64,000 nucleotides of DNA from Candidatus Poribacteria bacterium (GTDB lineage Bacteria; Poribacteria; WGA-4E; WGA-3G). Below are positions 1-10,242 of the stretch, piece by piece (position 1 is the stretch's first letter; each line of letters begins with the position of its first letter). The translations under genes and the position numbers were made by a program. The stretch lies in the NCBI GenBank assembly GCA_965205015.1, contig OZ242029.1:448001-512000 (forward strand), written 5' to 3'. A model generated the notes under the pieces. That model was not told the DNA's origin. It made no database searches and saw only the letters and a program-made list of their open reading frames with translations.

Positions 1-1
1 C

Positions 2-532
2 ATCTGGGCATCGGATGAATCCCACTTCCTCTATCAGGAAACCGATGCCGACATGTTTGATGTCGAAACCCATTTCTTTTCCACATGGGATACCGATTCC
101 GGCGTTAATGGACTTCTCGTCAAAAGTCCGAAAGACAATAACTGGGTCACCATCAAGTTCTGGTCGCGTGATGCGGGGGCTAAAGGGCAACTCCAGTTCC
201 AAACCCGGGAGGCGGGAGTACCTGGGGGTCCACCCGATCCACCGTGGCGTCCGGAATTTGGTGATACGGAATTGTTCCTCAGGCTCAAAAAAGAGAGAGA
301 TACTTACACGGCGTGGTATAAAATGGACGCAAACGACGATTGGACAGATTTCGGCGCAGGCGACTTTAAGATGACACCCCCGCTGTGGCTCGGAATTTAT
401 GCCGGTGTCGCCTCAGGGGTCGGTTCCTTAGAGGTCGAATACGAGTATTTCCAAGACAATGTGACACCTTGGGGGGTTGAACCTGAAGGCAAAGTGGCGA
501 CAACCTGGGGCATCCTGAAGTCACGCTATTAG
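2..532 (+). CDS. 5'-truncated beta-sandwich (LamG/ConA-like) protein with C-terminal VEPEGKVATTWGILK motif
   Basis: Frame is open from base 2 (IWASDESHFLYQETDADMFD...), so the start lies before the window. Beta-rich sequence; the C-terminal motif is shared with two LamG proteins in the window. Confidence 0.75.
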   Translation: MWASDESHFLYQETDADMFDVETHFFSTWDTDSGVNGLLVKSPKDNNWVTIKFWSRDAGAKGQLQFQTREAGVPGGPPDPPWRPEFGDTELFLRLKKERDTYTAWYKMDANDDWTDFGAGDFKMTPPLWLGIYAGVASGVGSLEVEYEYFQDNVTPWGVEPEGKVATTWGILKSRY

Positions 533-554
533 GGTTACGATCAGGATCATTTTA

Positions 555-583
555 TGTCGGGGCACCCCTTGTGGGTGCCCACA
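555..583. terminator. GC-rich hairpin between convergent genes (terminator or REP-like)
   Basis: gggcaccc-cttgt-gggtgccc, flanked by tgt/aca, between the stops at 532 and 597. Confidence 0.5.
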
Positions 584-596
584 AATGAATGTAGTA

Positions 597-2093
597 TTAC
601 CCAAAAATCGGGAAAACATAAGGCACAAGCACTTTTTGATAGACGGTAATCGTTCCGAAAATTGAATAGTACCCTGCACACAACAAAAGCCCAATCTGCT
701 TCCACAACGGCGCTTGTATCTCAGGTGGTAAGAATTTCCGGTTCACATAGAACGTATGTATCGCTGAAAATACAAGGAGATACCCACCAATCGTTGCCGA
801 TACCAAGATCATAAAGAAGGGTTTCGCGAGGTACATCGCGATGATCCCCCAAACGATATAGACCCCGAGAATGGGATAATAGATCCATTTTGCGCTGTTT
901 TCACCTAAGTTGCGCGCACGCCGCACGCCGGTCCAAATAATATCGGTAAAACCGCGCGGGACACCGTCCACGCCACCGAGCTGCGTCGAAAATAGCACCC
1001 AGAAACCGCAGAGCAGTGTGAGATACCACATAACCCTACCGCCTTTTGCCTCAAGTCCCTGTGCTTGCATTGCCGCTGCCGACCACTGTTCCATCTCCTG
1101 CCCCAAAGGCACATACTGCAAAGTCAGCATTGCGGGGAGTGCGATACCGATGAAACATCCGATCATCCAGATATAATACTGTTCAAATCGGACATATTTC
1201 CACCACTCCTTGAACCGTTCGAGGTTCTCCGGTGTGATGCGAAACACTTTGCCCCAGTGTGAGAGCGTTACGTGCTGCCCGCCGATGATAGAGGGAATCG
1301 CACCCACGAGACTGCTCATCCCCCAGCCTTTATCGCGGACGTAATGGGTGATACCGACATTCCCTAAGCCGCCGCTGCCAGCATACGCCGCGAACGCACC
1401 GACCAACAACCAATTTACCTGGCCGTCCTCCCCTCCAGTCGGAAATGCGCCGAAACTCAAGAACCCTTTGATAACTTTCCACCATGTGCTCGGTGACACC
1501 ATAAACAGATCGACGATGACAAGGTAGCCGATAATCCAAACTACCATAAAGAGCGACACCTTCTCAAGCGAGTTATAAATCTTCCCGCCGAACAGCACAA
1601 TCCCCAAACAGGAGAAAAAGATGAGATAGGCGAACACGCGCACCGTCCCGCCATCTGCCTCCGCCGGCATATAGCCGAGCCATGCCGCAGCGAGTGCCGT
1701 CGCAGCCGTCATCGCCCAACCGGGCCAAATCCCGAAAAAGTTGATACCCGAATAGAACGTCATCCAGAAGCCCGCGCCGGGTTTACAGCGCATATAACCG
1801 CTCATCATCGGCTCGCCGGTATAGAGTGTATAGCGGATCGCCTCTGTATTCAGAATGACTTGAAGTAGGATAGCGATTGTCGCGATCCAGAGCAATGTGC
1901 CACCGTATTGTGCCGTAATCGCAGGACCCAGGAGCCATTCGCCACTCCCAATTGAACCGCCTAACGCAATGATACCGGGACCTAAGATATTCCGAAACGC
2001 TTTCCCAAATTGATACGGGGGCGGTGCAGGTAAATCGTCGACCTCCCAATCCGGGAGCGTGCCGCCCGCTACACGTTCTTTGGTTTCTGCCAT
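597..2093 (-). CDS. Nramp/APC-superfamily membrane transporter
   Basis: 498 aa with about 11-12 hydrophobic segments; GPGIIALGGSIGSGEW motif typical of Nramp-like (YcsG-type) transporters. Confidence 0.75.
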   Translation of the reverse strand: MAETKERVAGGTLPDWEVDDLPAPPPYQFGKAFRNILGPGIIALGGSIGSGEWLLGPAITAQYGGTLLWIATIAILLQVILNTEAIRYTLYTGEPMMSGYMRCKPGAGFWMTFYSGINFFGIWPGWAMTAATALAAAWLGYMPAEADGGTVRVFAYLIFFSCLGIVLFGGKIYNSLEKVSLFMVVWIIGYLVIVDLFMVSPSTWWKVIKGFLSFGAFPTGGEDGQVNWLLVGAFAAYAGSGGLGNVGITHYVRDKGWGMSSLVGAIPSIIGGQHVTLSHWGKVFRITPENLERFKEWWKYVRFEQYYIWMIGCFIGIALPAMLTLQYVPLGQEMEQWSAAAMQAQGLEAKGGRVMWYLTLLCGFWVLFSTQLGGVDGVPRGFTDIIWTGVRRARNLGENSAKWIYYPILGVYIVWGIIAMYLAKPFFMILVSATIGGYLLVFSAIHTFYVNRKFLPPEIQAPLWKQIGLLLCAGYYSIFGTITVYQKVLVPYVFPIFG

Positions 2094-2160
2094 ATTCCTA
2101 TACTTTCCCTCCTCGAATTTCGATTGCGGATTGAGGTGTTGACCCGTTTTTGTTCTTCCC

Positions 2161-3189
2161 CTACCACTCCCAACAGATAGGAACGTCTAATTTCTCAGCA
2201 ATGCCAGCGAGACCGCGTAAATGGTCCACGTGGATCGGGATGCCGTTTTCAAGGTAATCATCGTAATTATTCCACTCAATTTCGCCGGGAAGATATGCCT
2301 GTTCCACACCTTCTGCCGTTTTCGAGGCGTGAATTTTGTCGATACCCCGTTGGATTTCCTCTACATAACCCTCGTAGTCTGTGAAACTCGCAACATCCAT
2401 CGCAAAGAAGAAGTGTTCAGAAGGATCGCCTTCTTTATTACAAGCCATCAAACCACCGCTCAAAGGACCCGCTAAGATACCCATGATCAGTGCCAATCCG
2501 TAACCCCGCGGTCCCGCTGCCGGTGCGAGGAAACGTCCCTTATCTGGATCGCTCGTCGGTTGACCCGTCTCATCTACCAGCCACCCTTCAGGAATCGGTT
2601 TGCCATACATCCGAAGCGTGCCGATCTTCCCCCATGCGGAAACACCACACGCCATATCCAACACAATCGGATGCCCATCGCCGGTAGGCAAGGCGTAACT
2701 CATCGCGTTATTGGCAACCACGGCTTCCGCGCCGCCGGGTGCTACAATAGAGGCACCCCCCGTATTCGTCGTCGAAAACCCGATCATCCGTTGCGATGCC
2801 GCCATAATTGCGTAGCATGCCGCTGCACCGAAATGGCCGGCGTTGCGAACCCCTGCGGCAGCGATACCCGTTGTCTTCGCCTTCTCTATCGCCGTCTCCA
2901 TTGCGAACGTGCTTGCCAGATGTCCCATCCCGTTATCTCCCTCAACAACAGCGAAACTCGGTCCCTCTGTTGCGATGCAGAGTTCAGGCTGCGGGTTCAT
3001 CTTTCCGTCAAGAACGAGGTTGAGATACCCCGGTAATGCGCGTGTGCCGTGTGAATGCACACCCCGTAAATCCGTCAGTACCTGATGCTTCGCGATTGTC
3101 TCTCCGTCTTCCGAACGCAATCCTGCCTTTTCACAAAGCGTCCGAGCGAAATCGTGTAACCTCGCTGAATCTACCACAATCTCCTGCAT
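2161..3189 (-). CDS. Ldh_2 family (malate/lactate/ureidoglycolate-type) oxidoreductase
   Basis: DLRGVHSHG, GHFGAAACY and LPGEIE motifs. ATG at 3189 has a GGAGG RBS. Confidence 0.88.
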   Translation of the reverse strand: MQEIVVDSARLHDFARTLCEKAGLRSEDGETIAKHQVLTDLRGVHSHGTRALPGYLNLVLDGKMNPQPELCIATEGPSFAVVEGDNGMGHLASTFAMETAIEKAKTTGIAAAGVRNAGHFGAAACYAIMAASQRMIGFSTTNTGGASIVAPGGAEAVVANNAMSYALPTGDGHPIVLDMACGVSAWGKIGTLRMYGKPIPEGWLVDETGQPTSDPDKGRFLAPAAGPRGYGLALIMGILAGPLSGGLMACNKEGDPSEHFFFAMDVASFTDYEGYVEEIQRGIDKIHASKTAEGVEQAYLPGEIEWNNYDDYLENGIPIHVDHLRGLAGIAEKLDVPICWEW

Positions 3190-3313
3190 AACATCCCCTC
3201 CAGTCATGAATTTACGGTCCATTTTAGCAGAGGAGCGGTTATGAATCAAGCACAATCCGATTTTTTCAGGTGTTCCATCATTTCTTTTGCATAAGAACCT
3301 ACGACGCTTTGAT

Positions 3314-3342
3314 TTGAGAAATCTCCTCAATTGTGGTATAAT
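3314..3342 (+). promoter_or_regulatory. sigma70-type promoter upstream of the WD40 gene
   Basis: TTGAGA-17 bp-TATAAT with an extended TG. Confidence 0.6.
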
Positions 3343-3507
3343 TGAACACGGAGATGGTCCCCAATGGCATTTAGCGATTTCAAGTCAATTTCTTTAGACT
3401 GTGCTTGCCTTTTGTAGCATAGTCTGTTAGACTGTGCCTGCCTTTGGATGCACAAACTGAATGAAGGAGACGCAACGCCTACTCCGAAAAAGAAGGAGAC
3501 GAACCCA

Positions 3508-6471
3508 ATGAAGAAGCTACAACTCTTAGCATTCGCCCTATGGATAGCACTCACCTTACCCACCGCTTATGCCCAGAATCTCTCGCAACAGCACTTACCC
3601 GAAGGTGCGAAGATGCGCCTCGGTAAAGGTGAAACATGGGCGTTTCAGCTTTCACCCGATGGCACGCGGCTGAAGGTGGCAAGTGGTTTAGGGATCTGGC
3701 ATTACGATACACAGACAGGTCAAGAAGTTACTGTGGTTCCCTGGTCGAAAAATATTAGTATAGGTCGTGCTGTATTCAGTCCAGATGGTAGGGTACTTGC
3801 GAGTATTCATTATGGCAGGACTGAGGTTCAGCTATGGGATGTGGCGACGGGGGCACTTCTCAAGACACTCACGGGGCACACGGGTAGGGATCTCGCTAGT
3901 ATAACGTTCAGTCCGGATGGTACCACCCTGGCGAGTGGGAGTTATGATAAGACGGTTAGTCTGTGGGATGTGGCGACGGGGGCACTTCTCAAGACACTCA
4001 CTGGACACACGTATCCTGTCTTTGGTGTAACGTTCAGTCCGGATGGCAGGATACTGGCAAGTAGTGGAGGAGGGTACGACCGAACAGTTCGTCTGTGGGA
4101 TGTAGAGACGGGGGCACTTCTTAAGACACTCATTGGACATACGAGGGGTGTCTTTGATGTATCGTTCAGTCCGGATGGTAGGATACTGGCGAGTGGGAGT
4201 GAGGATAGCACGGTTCGTCTGTGGGATGTGGCGACGGGGGCACTTCTCAAGACACTCACTGAACATACGGGTAAGGTCTCGGGGGTAGCGTTCAGTCCAG
4301 ATGGTACCACTCTGGCGAGCAGTGGCGCGAGCAGTGGCGCTTGGACCGACAGCACGGTTCAGCTATGGGATGTGGCGACGGGGGCACTTCTCAAGACACT
4401 CACTGAACATACGGGTAAGGTCGGGAGGGTAGCGTTCAGTCCAGATGGTACCACCCTGGTGGGTCTGGGTTCGACGGTTCAGCTATGGGATGTGGCGACG
4501 GGGGCACTTCTCAAGACACTCACTGAGCATACGGGTGCGGTCCGGAGAGTAGCATTCAGTCCGGATGGCAGGACACTGGCAAGTGCGCTTTGGGATGGCA
4601 CGGTTTGTCTATGGGATGTAGGGACGGGGGCACTTCTCAAAACCCTCACTGGGCATACGGGTAATGTCTTTAGTGTAGCCTTCAGCCCGGATGGTCAGAT
4701 GCTGGCGAGTGGGAGTCTGGAGGAGATTCGTTTCTGGGATGTAGGGACGGGGGCACTTCTCAAAACCCTCACTGAGCCTACGGGTAATGTCCTCAGCGTA
4801 GCCTTCAGCCCGGATGGTCAGATGCTGGCGAGTGGGGGTAATGATACGGTGATTCGTTTGTGGGATACGCGGACAGGGGCCCTCCGAAAAACGTTTATGG
4901 GGCACACGGCAACGGTCATGAGTATGGCGTTCAGTCCGGATGGGACAACGCTGGGGAGTACGGGTCTGGACAACACGGTTCGGCTGTGGGATGTGCGGAC
5001 AGGAATACCCCGTGAGAGGCTCACAGAGCCTAAAGTCATTCCCTGTGCGTATGGCCAAAGTGTGGTGTTCAGTCCCGATGGCACCACCTTCGCAAATAAT
5101 GTGAATGGTGGTGCAGTTCAGCTGTGGGATGTGCACAGTGGTGAACTCCAACGGACATTTAACGCTTCGGCAGGGACTCCGCCTGCCTTCAGTCCCGATA
5201 GTGGCTTCCTTGCTATCGGAAATCACTCCGATAGGGTCTTGCTTATGGATCTTGCCATAGGTGAGGCATGGGAACCCCTCGGATATCACACAGGGGTTAA
5301 CGACCTGGCGTTCAGTCCGGATGGCAGGACACTGGCGAGTGGAGGTAATACTGGCACGATCCTTCTATGGGATGCCACACCTTACACCTCACAACCTTTC
5401 ACTGTTGAGACGGATAGCATAACAGTAGTGCCGGAGGTGCCTGTTGGTGGCGATGTTGCGAGTGTGAGTCTCTCGCCTGCGGCGGTATGGTCTGGCACTA
5501 TAGGGGACCAAGTGACGGTGAACGCTAACATCGCAAAGGGTGTAGATGTGAGAGGGTATCAGGTGGAACTCACTTTTGAGACGACTGCGCTGCGGTTTGT
5601 GTCAAGTGTGGATGCTGGGTATCTGCCTACGGGTGCTTTCCAAGTGCTGCCCGTGGTGAATAACAATCGCGTCACGTTTGGTGCGACCTCTCTGCAAGAG
5701 AGCAGTGAAGGGGAGGGAACGCTTGCGGCATTCACGTTTGAAGTGCTTGCTGCCTCGCCCGCGATGCCGAGATTAGTTGATGTGAAACTCACCGACAGCG
5801 ACGCGAACTTCTTAGCCGTGCGGATTGAAACTCCGGGCGTGCCGGATTCCGCGCCCCTCACAGGAGACGTGAACGGTGATGGTGTGATAAACCTTGAAGA
5901 TATGGAGGCAGCGACAACGCGTCTGGGGCAAAGGGGTGAGAACACGGCGGATATGAACGGCGATGGCGTTGTGGATGCTGCGGATTTAGTGCTCATCGCA
6001 GCAGCGATAGAAGCCGCGACGGCTGCCCCATCCCTGCATCCATCAGTTGTTACTGAACTGTTCACTGCGACAGCGGTGCGTCAGTGGTTGTCGCTTGCGC
6101 GGGCACAAGGTCTCACGGGTGGGGAATATCAGCGTGGGTTTCTGCTGCTGGAGCAACTCCTCTTAATACTCACGCCGAAAGAGACGATGTTGTTAGCAAA
6201 CTATCCCAATCCCTTCAATCCTGAGACGTGGATCCCATATCACCTCTCTGAACCTGCGGATGTCCGTATTTCAATTTATGCTGCCGATGGTCGATTGGTT
6301 CGGATGCTAACCGTAGGGCATCAGGGTGCGGGTATCTATGAATCTCGGGGTCGCGCGGCGTATTGGGATGGCAGAAATGCGTTGGGTGAAACTGTGGCGA
6401 GTGGTGTCTATTTCTACACCTTCACCACTGGTGAGTTCACCGCCACCCGAAAACTGTTGATACGCAAGTAA
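3508..6471 (+). CDS. Secreted WD40-repeat protein with cohesin, dockerin (EF-hand) and C-terminal FlgD-Ig/T9SS-type-A-like domain
   Basis: Signal peptide MKKLQLLAFALWIALTLPTAYA; about 13-14 FSPDG...LWD repeats; cohesin-like region at ~5461-5826; dockerin GDVNGDGVINLED/DMNGDGVVDAADL; terminal NYPNPFNPETWIPY...ASGVYFY...RKLLIRK. AAGGAG RBS precedes 3508. Confidence 0.9.
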   Translation: MKKLQLLAFALWIALTLPTAYAQNLSQQHLPEGAKMRLGKGETWAFQLSPDGTRLKVASGLGIWHYDTQTGQEVTVVPWSKNISIGRAVFSPDGRVLASIHYGRTEVQLWDVATGALLKTLTGHTGRDLASITFSPDGTTLASGSYDKTVSLWDVATGALLKTLTGHTYPVFGVTFSPDGRILASSGGGYDRTVRLWDVETGALLKTLIGHTRGVFDVSFSPDGRILASGSEDSTVRLWDVATGALLKTLTEHTGKVSGVAFSPDGTTLASSGASSGAWTDSTVQLWDVATGALLKTLTEHTGKVGRVAFSPDGTTLVGLGSTVQLWDVATGALLKTLTEHTGAVRRVAFSPDGRTLASALWDGTVCLWDVGTGALLKTLTGHTGNVFSVAFSPDGQMLASGSLEEIRFWDVGTGALLKTLTEPTGNVLSVAFSPDGQMLASGGNDTVIRLWDTRTGALRKTFMGHTATVMSMAFSPDGTTLGSTGLDNTVRLWDVRTGIPRERLTEPKVIPCAYGQSVVFSPDGTTFANNVNGGAVQLWDVHSGELQRTFNASAGTPPAFSPDSGFLAIGNHSDRVLLMDLAIGEAWEPLGYHTGVNDLAFSPDGRTLASGGNTGTILLWDATPYTSQPFTVETDSITVVPEVPVGGDVASVSLSPAAVWSGTIGDQVTVNANIAKGVDVRGYQVELTFETTALRFVSSVDAGYLPTGAFQVLPVVNNNRVTFGATSLQESSEGEGTLAAFTFEVLAASPAMPRLVDVKLTDSDANFLAVRIETPGVPDSAPLTGDVNGDGVINLEDMEAATTRLGQRGENTADMNGDGVVDAADLVLIAAAIEAATAAPSLHPSVVTELFTATAVRQWLSLARAQGLTGGEYQRGFLLLEQLLLILTPKETMLLANYPNPFNPETWIPYHLSEPADVRISIYAADGRLVRMLTVGHQGAGIYESRGRAAYWDGRNALGETVASGVYFYTFTTGEFTATRKLLIRK
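3835..4800 (+). repeat. Near-identical in-frame WD40 DNA repeats, period about 120-145 bp
   Basis: The 38-nt string tgggatgtggcgacgggggcacttctcaagacactcac is identical at 3835, 3964, 4222, 4366 and 4486, with variants at 4096, 4612 and 4735. Confidence 0.9.
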
Positions 6472-6541
6472 GTACCGGATGCAAACTTTCTACCCGTCAG
6501 CATTGAAAATGCGGATATGGTTGATAGAGGATAAACCCGTC

Positions 6542-8185
6542 ATGTCGCAAAAGGGAGTCGCGCTCCTTGCCTTTTTCTTCATCGTTTTCGTCGGTCCCGC
6601 GTGGAACGCTACCGCACAATCCCCCCAAGATCTTTACGCCCGCGGTATGCAAGCCGCACAGCGAGGACACTACACGCAGGCAATCCGATATTTTCAGCAC
6701 ACCCTTCAACGCGATCCCGCATCTGCCAAAGCCTACGCCGGACTCGGAACCGTTTACAGCCAACTCAGTCAGTTCCGTGAAGCGGAAGCCGCCCTCAAAC
6801 AGGCACTGGCTCTCGCGCCGGGATTGTTACAAGCCGAAGCAAACCTTGCTTTGCTCTACACAAGAACAGCACGGAATGACGAAGCAATTGACATCTATCG
6901 AAGACTCAGTCAAAACCACCCAGAGTCTCTCCAAATACAGATCGGACTCGCAACCGCCTATCAGAAAGCCTCGCGGTTTGCAGAAGCCATAGATGCGTAT
7001 CACCGGACACTCAACCTTTCCCCGAAACTCGCCGAAGCCATGACGAACCTCGCCTCCTGCTATGAAGCCGTCAAACAGCAGGAGCAGGCAATCCATTATT
7101 ACGAATCCGCTTTAGCCTTGAATCCTGAACTCTCTATGGCAAACGGGAACTTAGGTGCCATTTACCAAAAACAGGGCGAACTTGACAAAGCACGTCCACT
7201 GTTAGAGAAAGCCATTCGCCTGGATCCTAATTTTACAGCCGCTTCCTACAGCCTGGGTCTAATCGCATCAAAGCAACGGGAATTCCAGCGCGCCGCTGAC
7301 CTATACCGCAGCGTCATCGCACAACACCCCGACCATATCGGAGCCTACTATAACCTCGCGCAGGCACTGTTCCGATTAAAGCAGGTGCCGGAAGGCACGC
7401 GCGCCATGGAAACCTACCGTCGTTTAAACGCAATCGCTCAAGAGATTGACACCCGCGAGCGTGCGATTCTCCTCGAACCCAGCAATCCTCGCAAACAGTA
7501 CCAACTCGGACGCATTTACGAAAAATATGGAAAATTCAATAAGGCACTTGAGGCGTATCAGGCAGCAGTCAGGCTTCAGCCACAATACGCCGCCGCACAT
7601 TATAAACTCGGCAAACTCTATTTTCGCGAGCGCCGGTTTAAGGAAGCAGAAAAATCCTATCTCAGTGCGATTGCAATTACGCCAGAGCAAGCCCCCCTGC
7701 ACGCAGGGTTAGGGGCAGTCTATTATCTGCAAGACCGGCTCGATGAAGCCCTTGCTGAATACAAGGCTGCCCTCGCCTATGATGCCTCGTTAGTGCATGC
7801 CCAAGTCGGTATCGCCGTCATTCACCACCGTCGCGGTGAATTTGAACAAGCACTCGCCGCGTATCAGACGGCTTTAAAGTTAGACGCGGAGGCACATCAC
7901 GCCCTAAACGGATTGGTAAGGCTCTATCTTGAAGGTGCTTCTGCTTCAGTCCCATCGGGTAAAAAAGAGACGCAACTCCAAGAAACCATCGCCTTGGCTG
8001 AAAAAGCCGTCCGTTTAGCACCCATCCCACAATACCTACAGACCCTCGCCTTAGCCTACTTTCAGGCAGGCGCGCATCAAAAAGCGTTGAAAGCGATTCG
8101 GACCGCCATTGAAATGGAACCCGAAAACGATGCATTTCGACAGACACTGAGAAAAATAAAAAAGGCAGATGAAAAGACGAAGTAG
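6542..8185 (+). CDS. Secreted multi-TPR protein
   Basis: Signal-like N-terminus (MSQKGVALLAFFFIVFVGPAWNATA) and more than 12 TPR repeats (A..NLG..Y...G...EA...Y..AL.L.P). Confidence 0.88.
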   Translation: MSQKGVALLAFFFIVFVGPAWNATAQSPQDLYARGMQAAQRGHYTQAIRYFQHTLQRDPASAKAYAGLGTVYSQLSQFREAEAALKQALALAPGLLQAEANLALLYTRTARNDEAIDIYRRLSQNHPESLQIQIGLATAYQKASRFAEAIDAYHRTLNLSPKLAEAMTNLASCYEAVKQQEQAIHYYESALALNPELSMANGNLGAIYQKQGELDKARPLLEKAIRLDPNFTAASYSLGLIASKQREFQRAADLYRSVIAQHPDHIGAYYNLAQALFRLKQVPEGTRAMETYRRLNAIAQEIDTRERAILLEPSNPRKQYQLGRIYEKYGKFNKALEAYQAAVRLQPQYAAAHYKLGKLYFRERRFKEAEKSYLSAIAITPEQAPLHAGLGAVYYLQDRLDEALAEYKAALAYDASLVHAQVGIAVIHHRRGEFEQALAAYQTALKLDAEAHHALNGLVRLYLEGASASVPSGKKETQLQETIALAEKAVRLAPIPQYLQTLALAYFQAGAHQKALKAIRTAIEMEPENDAFRQTLRKIKKADEKTK

Positions 8186-9851
8186 CATTATAGATCTCTT
8201 AATCCTGTTCCTAATCGCAATTGCTGCACAAAGCATCCTTATCCGTCTTGTGAGTGCGGATACCAACATCCAATTCGTCGATGTGACGCAGGAAGCGGGT
8301 ATTCATTGGCAACACGTCGACGGACGGAGCGGACAAAAGTATTTTATGGAGACGCTCGGCGCCGGTGCCGCTTTTTTCGACTACGACACGGACGGCGATC
8401 CCGATTTGTACTTCGTTAACGGTGCGCCGCTCCCCGGTTACGTCTCGCCAGAAATTCCAACCAATTGCCTCTACCGAAACAATGGTGACGGCACGTTCAC
8501 AGATGTCACCGAAAAAGCCGACGTCGGGGACACCGGTTACGGACACGGATGCGCCGTGGGCGACTACAATAACGATGGTAAACTGGACCTTTACGTCACA
8601 AACTACGGGGTCAATCGGCTCTATCGCAATAATGGCGATGGTACGTTTACAGAAGTCGCCGAATCCGCGGGTGTAACGGAACCTCGTTGGAGCACGAGCT
8701 GCGCCTTCGCTGACTACGATCGAGACGGCCACCTCGACCTCTACGTCGTCAACTACATCGTCTTTGATATTGATGAAAATCCGTGGTGCGGCTTCAAGGA
8801 AAAAGGGATTCGTGCCTACTGTGAACCCGATAACTTCACCGCCCAATCCGACACGCTCTATCGCAATAACGGTGACGGCACGTTTACCGACGTTACAAAA
8901 ACGGCGGGTATCCACAACACCACCGGCAAGGGTTTAGGCGTTGTTTGGGGGGACTATAATAACGACGGCACCCCTGATATATACGTCGCTAACGATTCCA
9001 CAGAAAACCTCTTTTATCACAATAACGGGAACGGTACTTTTGAGGAGGTCGGTTTCATGGTTGGCGTCGCACTCAGCGAAGATGGTGTCGCTGAGAACGG
9101 TATGGGCACAGCCTTCGGCGATTGGAACAACGACGGTTGGATCGACCTCACCGTCACCAACTATGCCCAACAGACGAACACCCTCTACCATAATGATGCA
9201 GACGGCTTCTTTACAGACGCAACAATCACAACAAAGACCGCACAACTCACCTATCCCTATCTCGGTTGGGCAACCGCCTTTATCGATTACGATAACGATG
9301 GATACCAAGACCTCTTTGTTGCCAACGGGCATCTGCATGAGAATCTCGCTGAACTTGGACAGGAAGGCACATACGGGCAACGCAACCTGCTGTTCCGAAA
9401 CAACGCTAACGGCACGTTTACTGAAGTCTCTGAAACCCTCGGTGCTGGTATGAAATTGGAGGACGTCAGCCGCGGCGCCACCTTTGCAGACTACGATTTA
9501 GATGGCGACATCGATATCGTGGTAACCAATTCCAATACCGCACCACGCCTTTTACGCAACGATGGTGGGAATCGAAGAAACTATTTGCAGATCCGATTGA
9601 CCGCGACAAACGGCTCCACGGATGCGATCGGGGCGCGCGTCAAGATTACGACGGGAAAACTCACACAGACGCGTGAGGTCCGGAGCGGGGACGGCTACCT
9701 TTCACAACAAGATCTCATACTCCATTTCGGAATTGGGAACTACGAACAGGTGGACAGTATTGAAGTGTTGTGGCAGAGTGGAACAAAGCAATTGCTCGAA
9801 AGCGTCCGAGCAAATCAGGTACTATCGCTTGAGGAAAATCGCAATGAATAA
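8169..9851 (+). CDS. CRTAC1/ASPIC-UnbV family FG-GAP repeat protein
   Basis: Repeated GDY(N/D)NDG..D(L/I)YV and [14 protein letters not shown]; C-terminal DAIGARV...LHFGIG ASPIC/UnbV domain. Confidence 0.9.
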   Translation: MKRRSSIIDLLILFLIAIAAQSILIRLVSADTNIQFVDVTQEAGIHWQHVDGRSGQKYFMETLGAGAAFFDYDTDGDPDLYFVNGAPLPGYVSPEIPTNCLYRNNGDGTFTDVTEKADVGDTGYGHGCAVGDYNNDGKLDLYVTNYGVNRLYRNNGDGTFTEVAESAGVTEPRWSTSCAFADYDRDGHLDLYVVNYIVFDIDENPWCGFKEKGIRAYCEPDNFTAQSDTLYRNNGDGTFTDVTKTAGIHNTTGKGLGVVWGDYNNDGTPDIYVANDSTENLFYHNNGNGTFEEVGFMVGVALSEDGVAENGMGTAFGDWNNDGWIDLTVTNYAQQTNTLYHNDADGFFTDATITTKTAQLTYPYLGWATAFIDYDNDGYQDLFVANGHLHENLAELGQEGTYGQRNLLFRNNANGTFTEVSETLGAGMKLEDVSRGATFADYDLDGDIDIVVTNSNTAPRLLRNDGGNRRNYLQIRLTATNGSTDAIGARVKITTGKLTQTREVRSGDGYLSQQDLILHFGIGNYEQVDSIEVLWQSGTKQLLESVRANQVLSLEENRNE

Positions 9852-10242
9852 CATATCGGATGCCGTTGAACGTCATTATTGGAAAGCGGTCACTTTTCTC
9901 GTGATACTGATTTTAGTCGGTAGCGGTTTTTGGGGTGTGAGACGCTTTGCACCTGCGGTGTTCCTTGGCAAACCCGATTTAATTGCCATTCCAAACGAGG
10001 AACGTCCACAAAACCAAACAACACAACCACTAACACCGAACAAGCCCGAACTTCTCAACATCAACACCGCCTCTGCCGAAGAACTCCAGACCCTCCCGAA
10101 CATCGGCGTGCAAATGGCACAAAGGATCCTCGATTATCGCGAGCGGCACGGCAAGTTTACCAGTGTAGAGGCTCTCCAGAACGTCAAAGGTATTGGTGCA
10201 AAGACTTTGGAGAAACTAAGACCTTTCGTCGATGCCAAATAG
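9844..10242 (+). CDS. comEA: ComEA-like helix-hairpin-helix DNA-binding membrane protein
   Basis: N-terminal TM helix; [18 protein letters not shown] and [15 protein letters not shown] HhH motifs. Confidence 0.82.
   Translation: MNNISDAVERHYWKAVTFLVILILVGSGFWGVRRFAPAVFLGKPDLIAIPNEERPQNQTTQPLTPNKPELLNINTASAEELQTLPNIGVQMAQRILDYRERHGKFTSVEALQNVKGIGAKTLEKLRPFVDAK

Noticed and set aside
3835-4800. Regularly spaced 38-nt identical repeats resembling a CRISPR array
   Set aside because: They are in frame within a WD40 ORF, the intervening segments are homologous to each other, and no cas genes are present.
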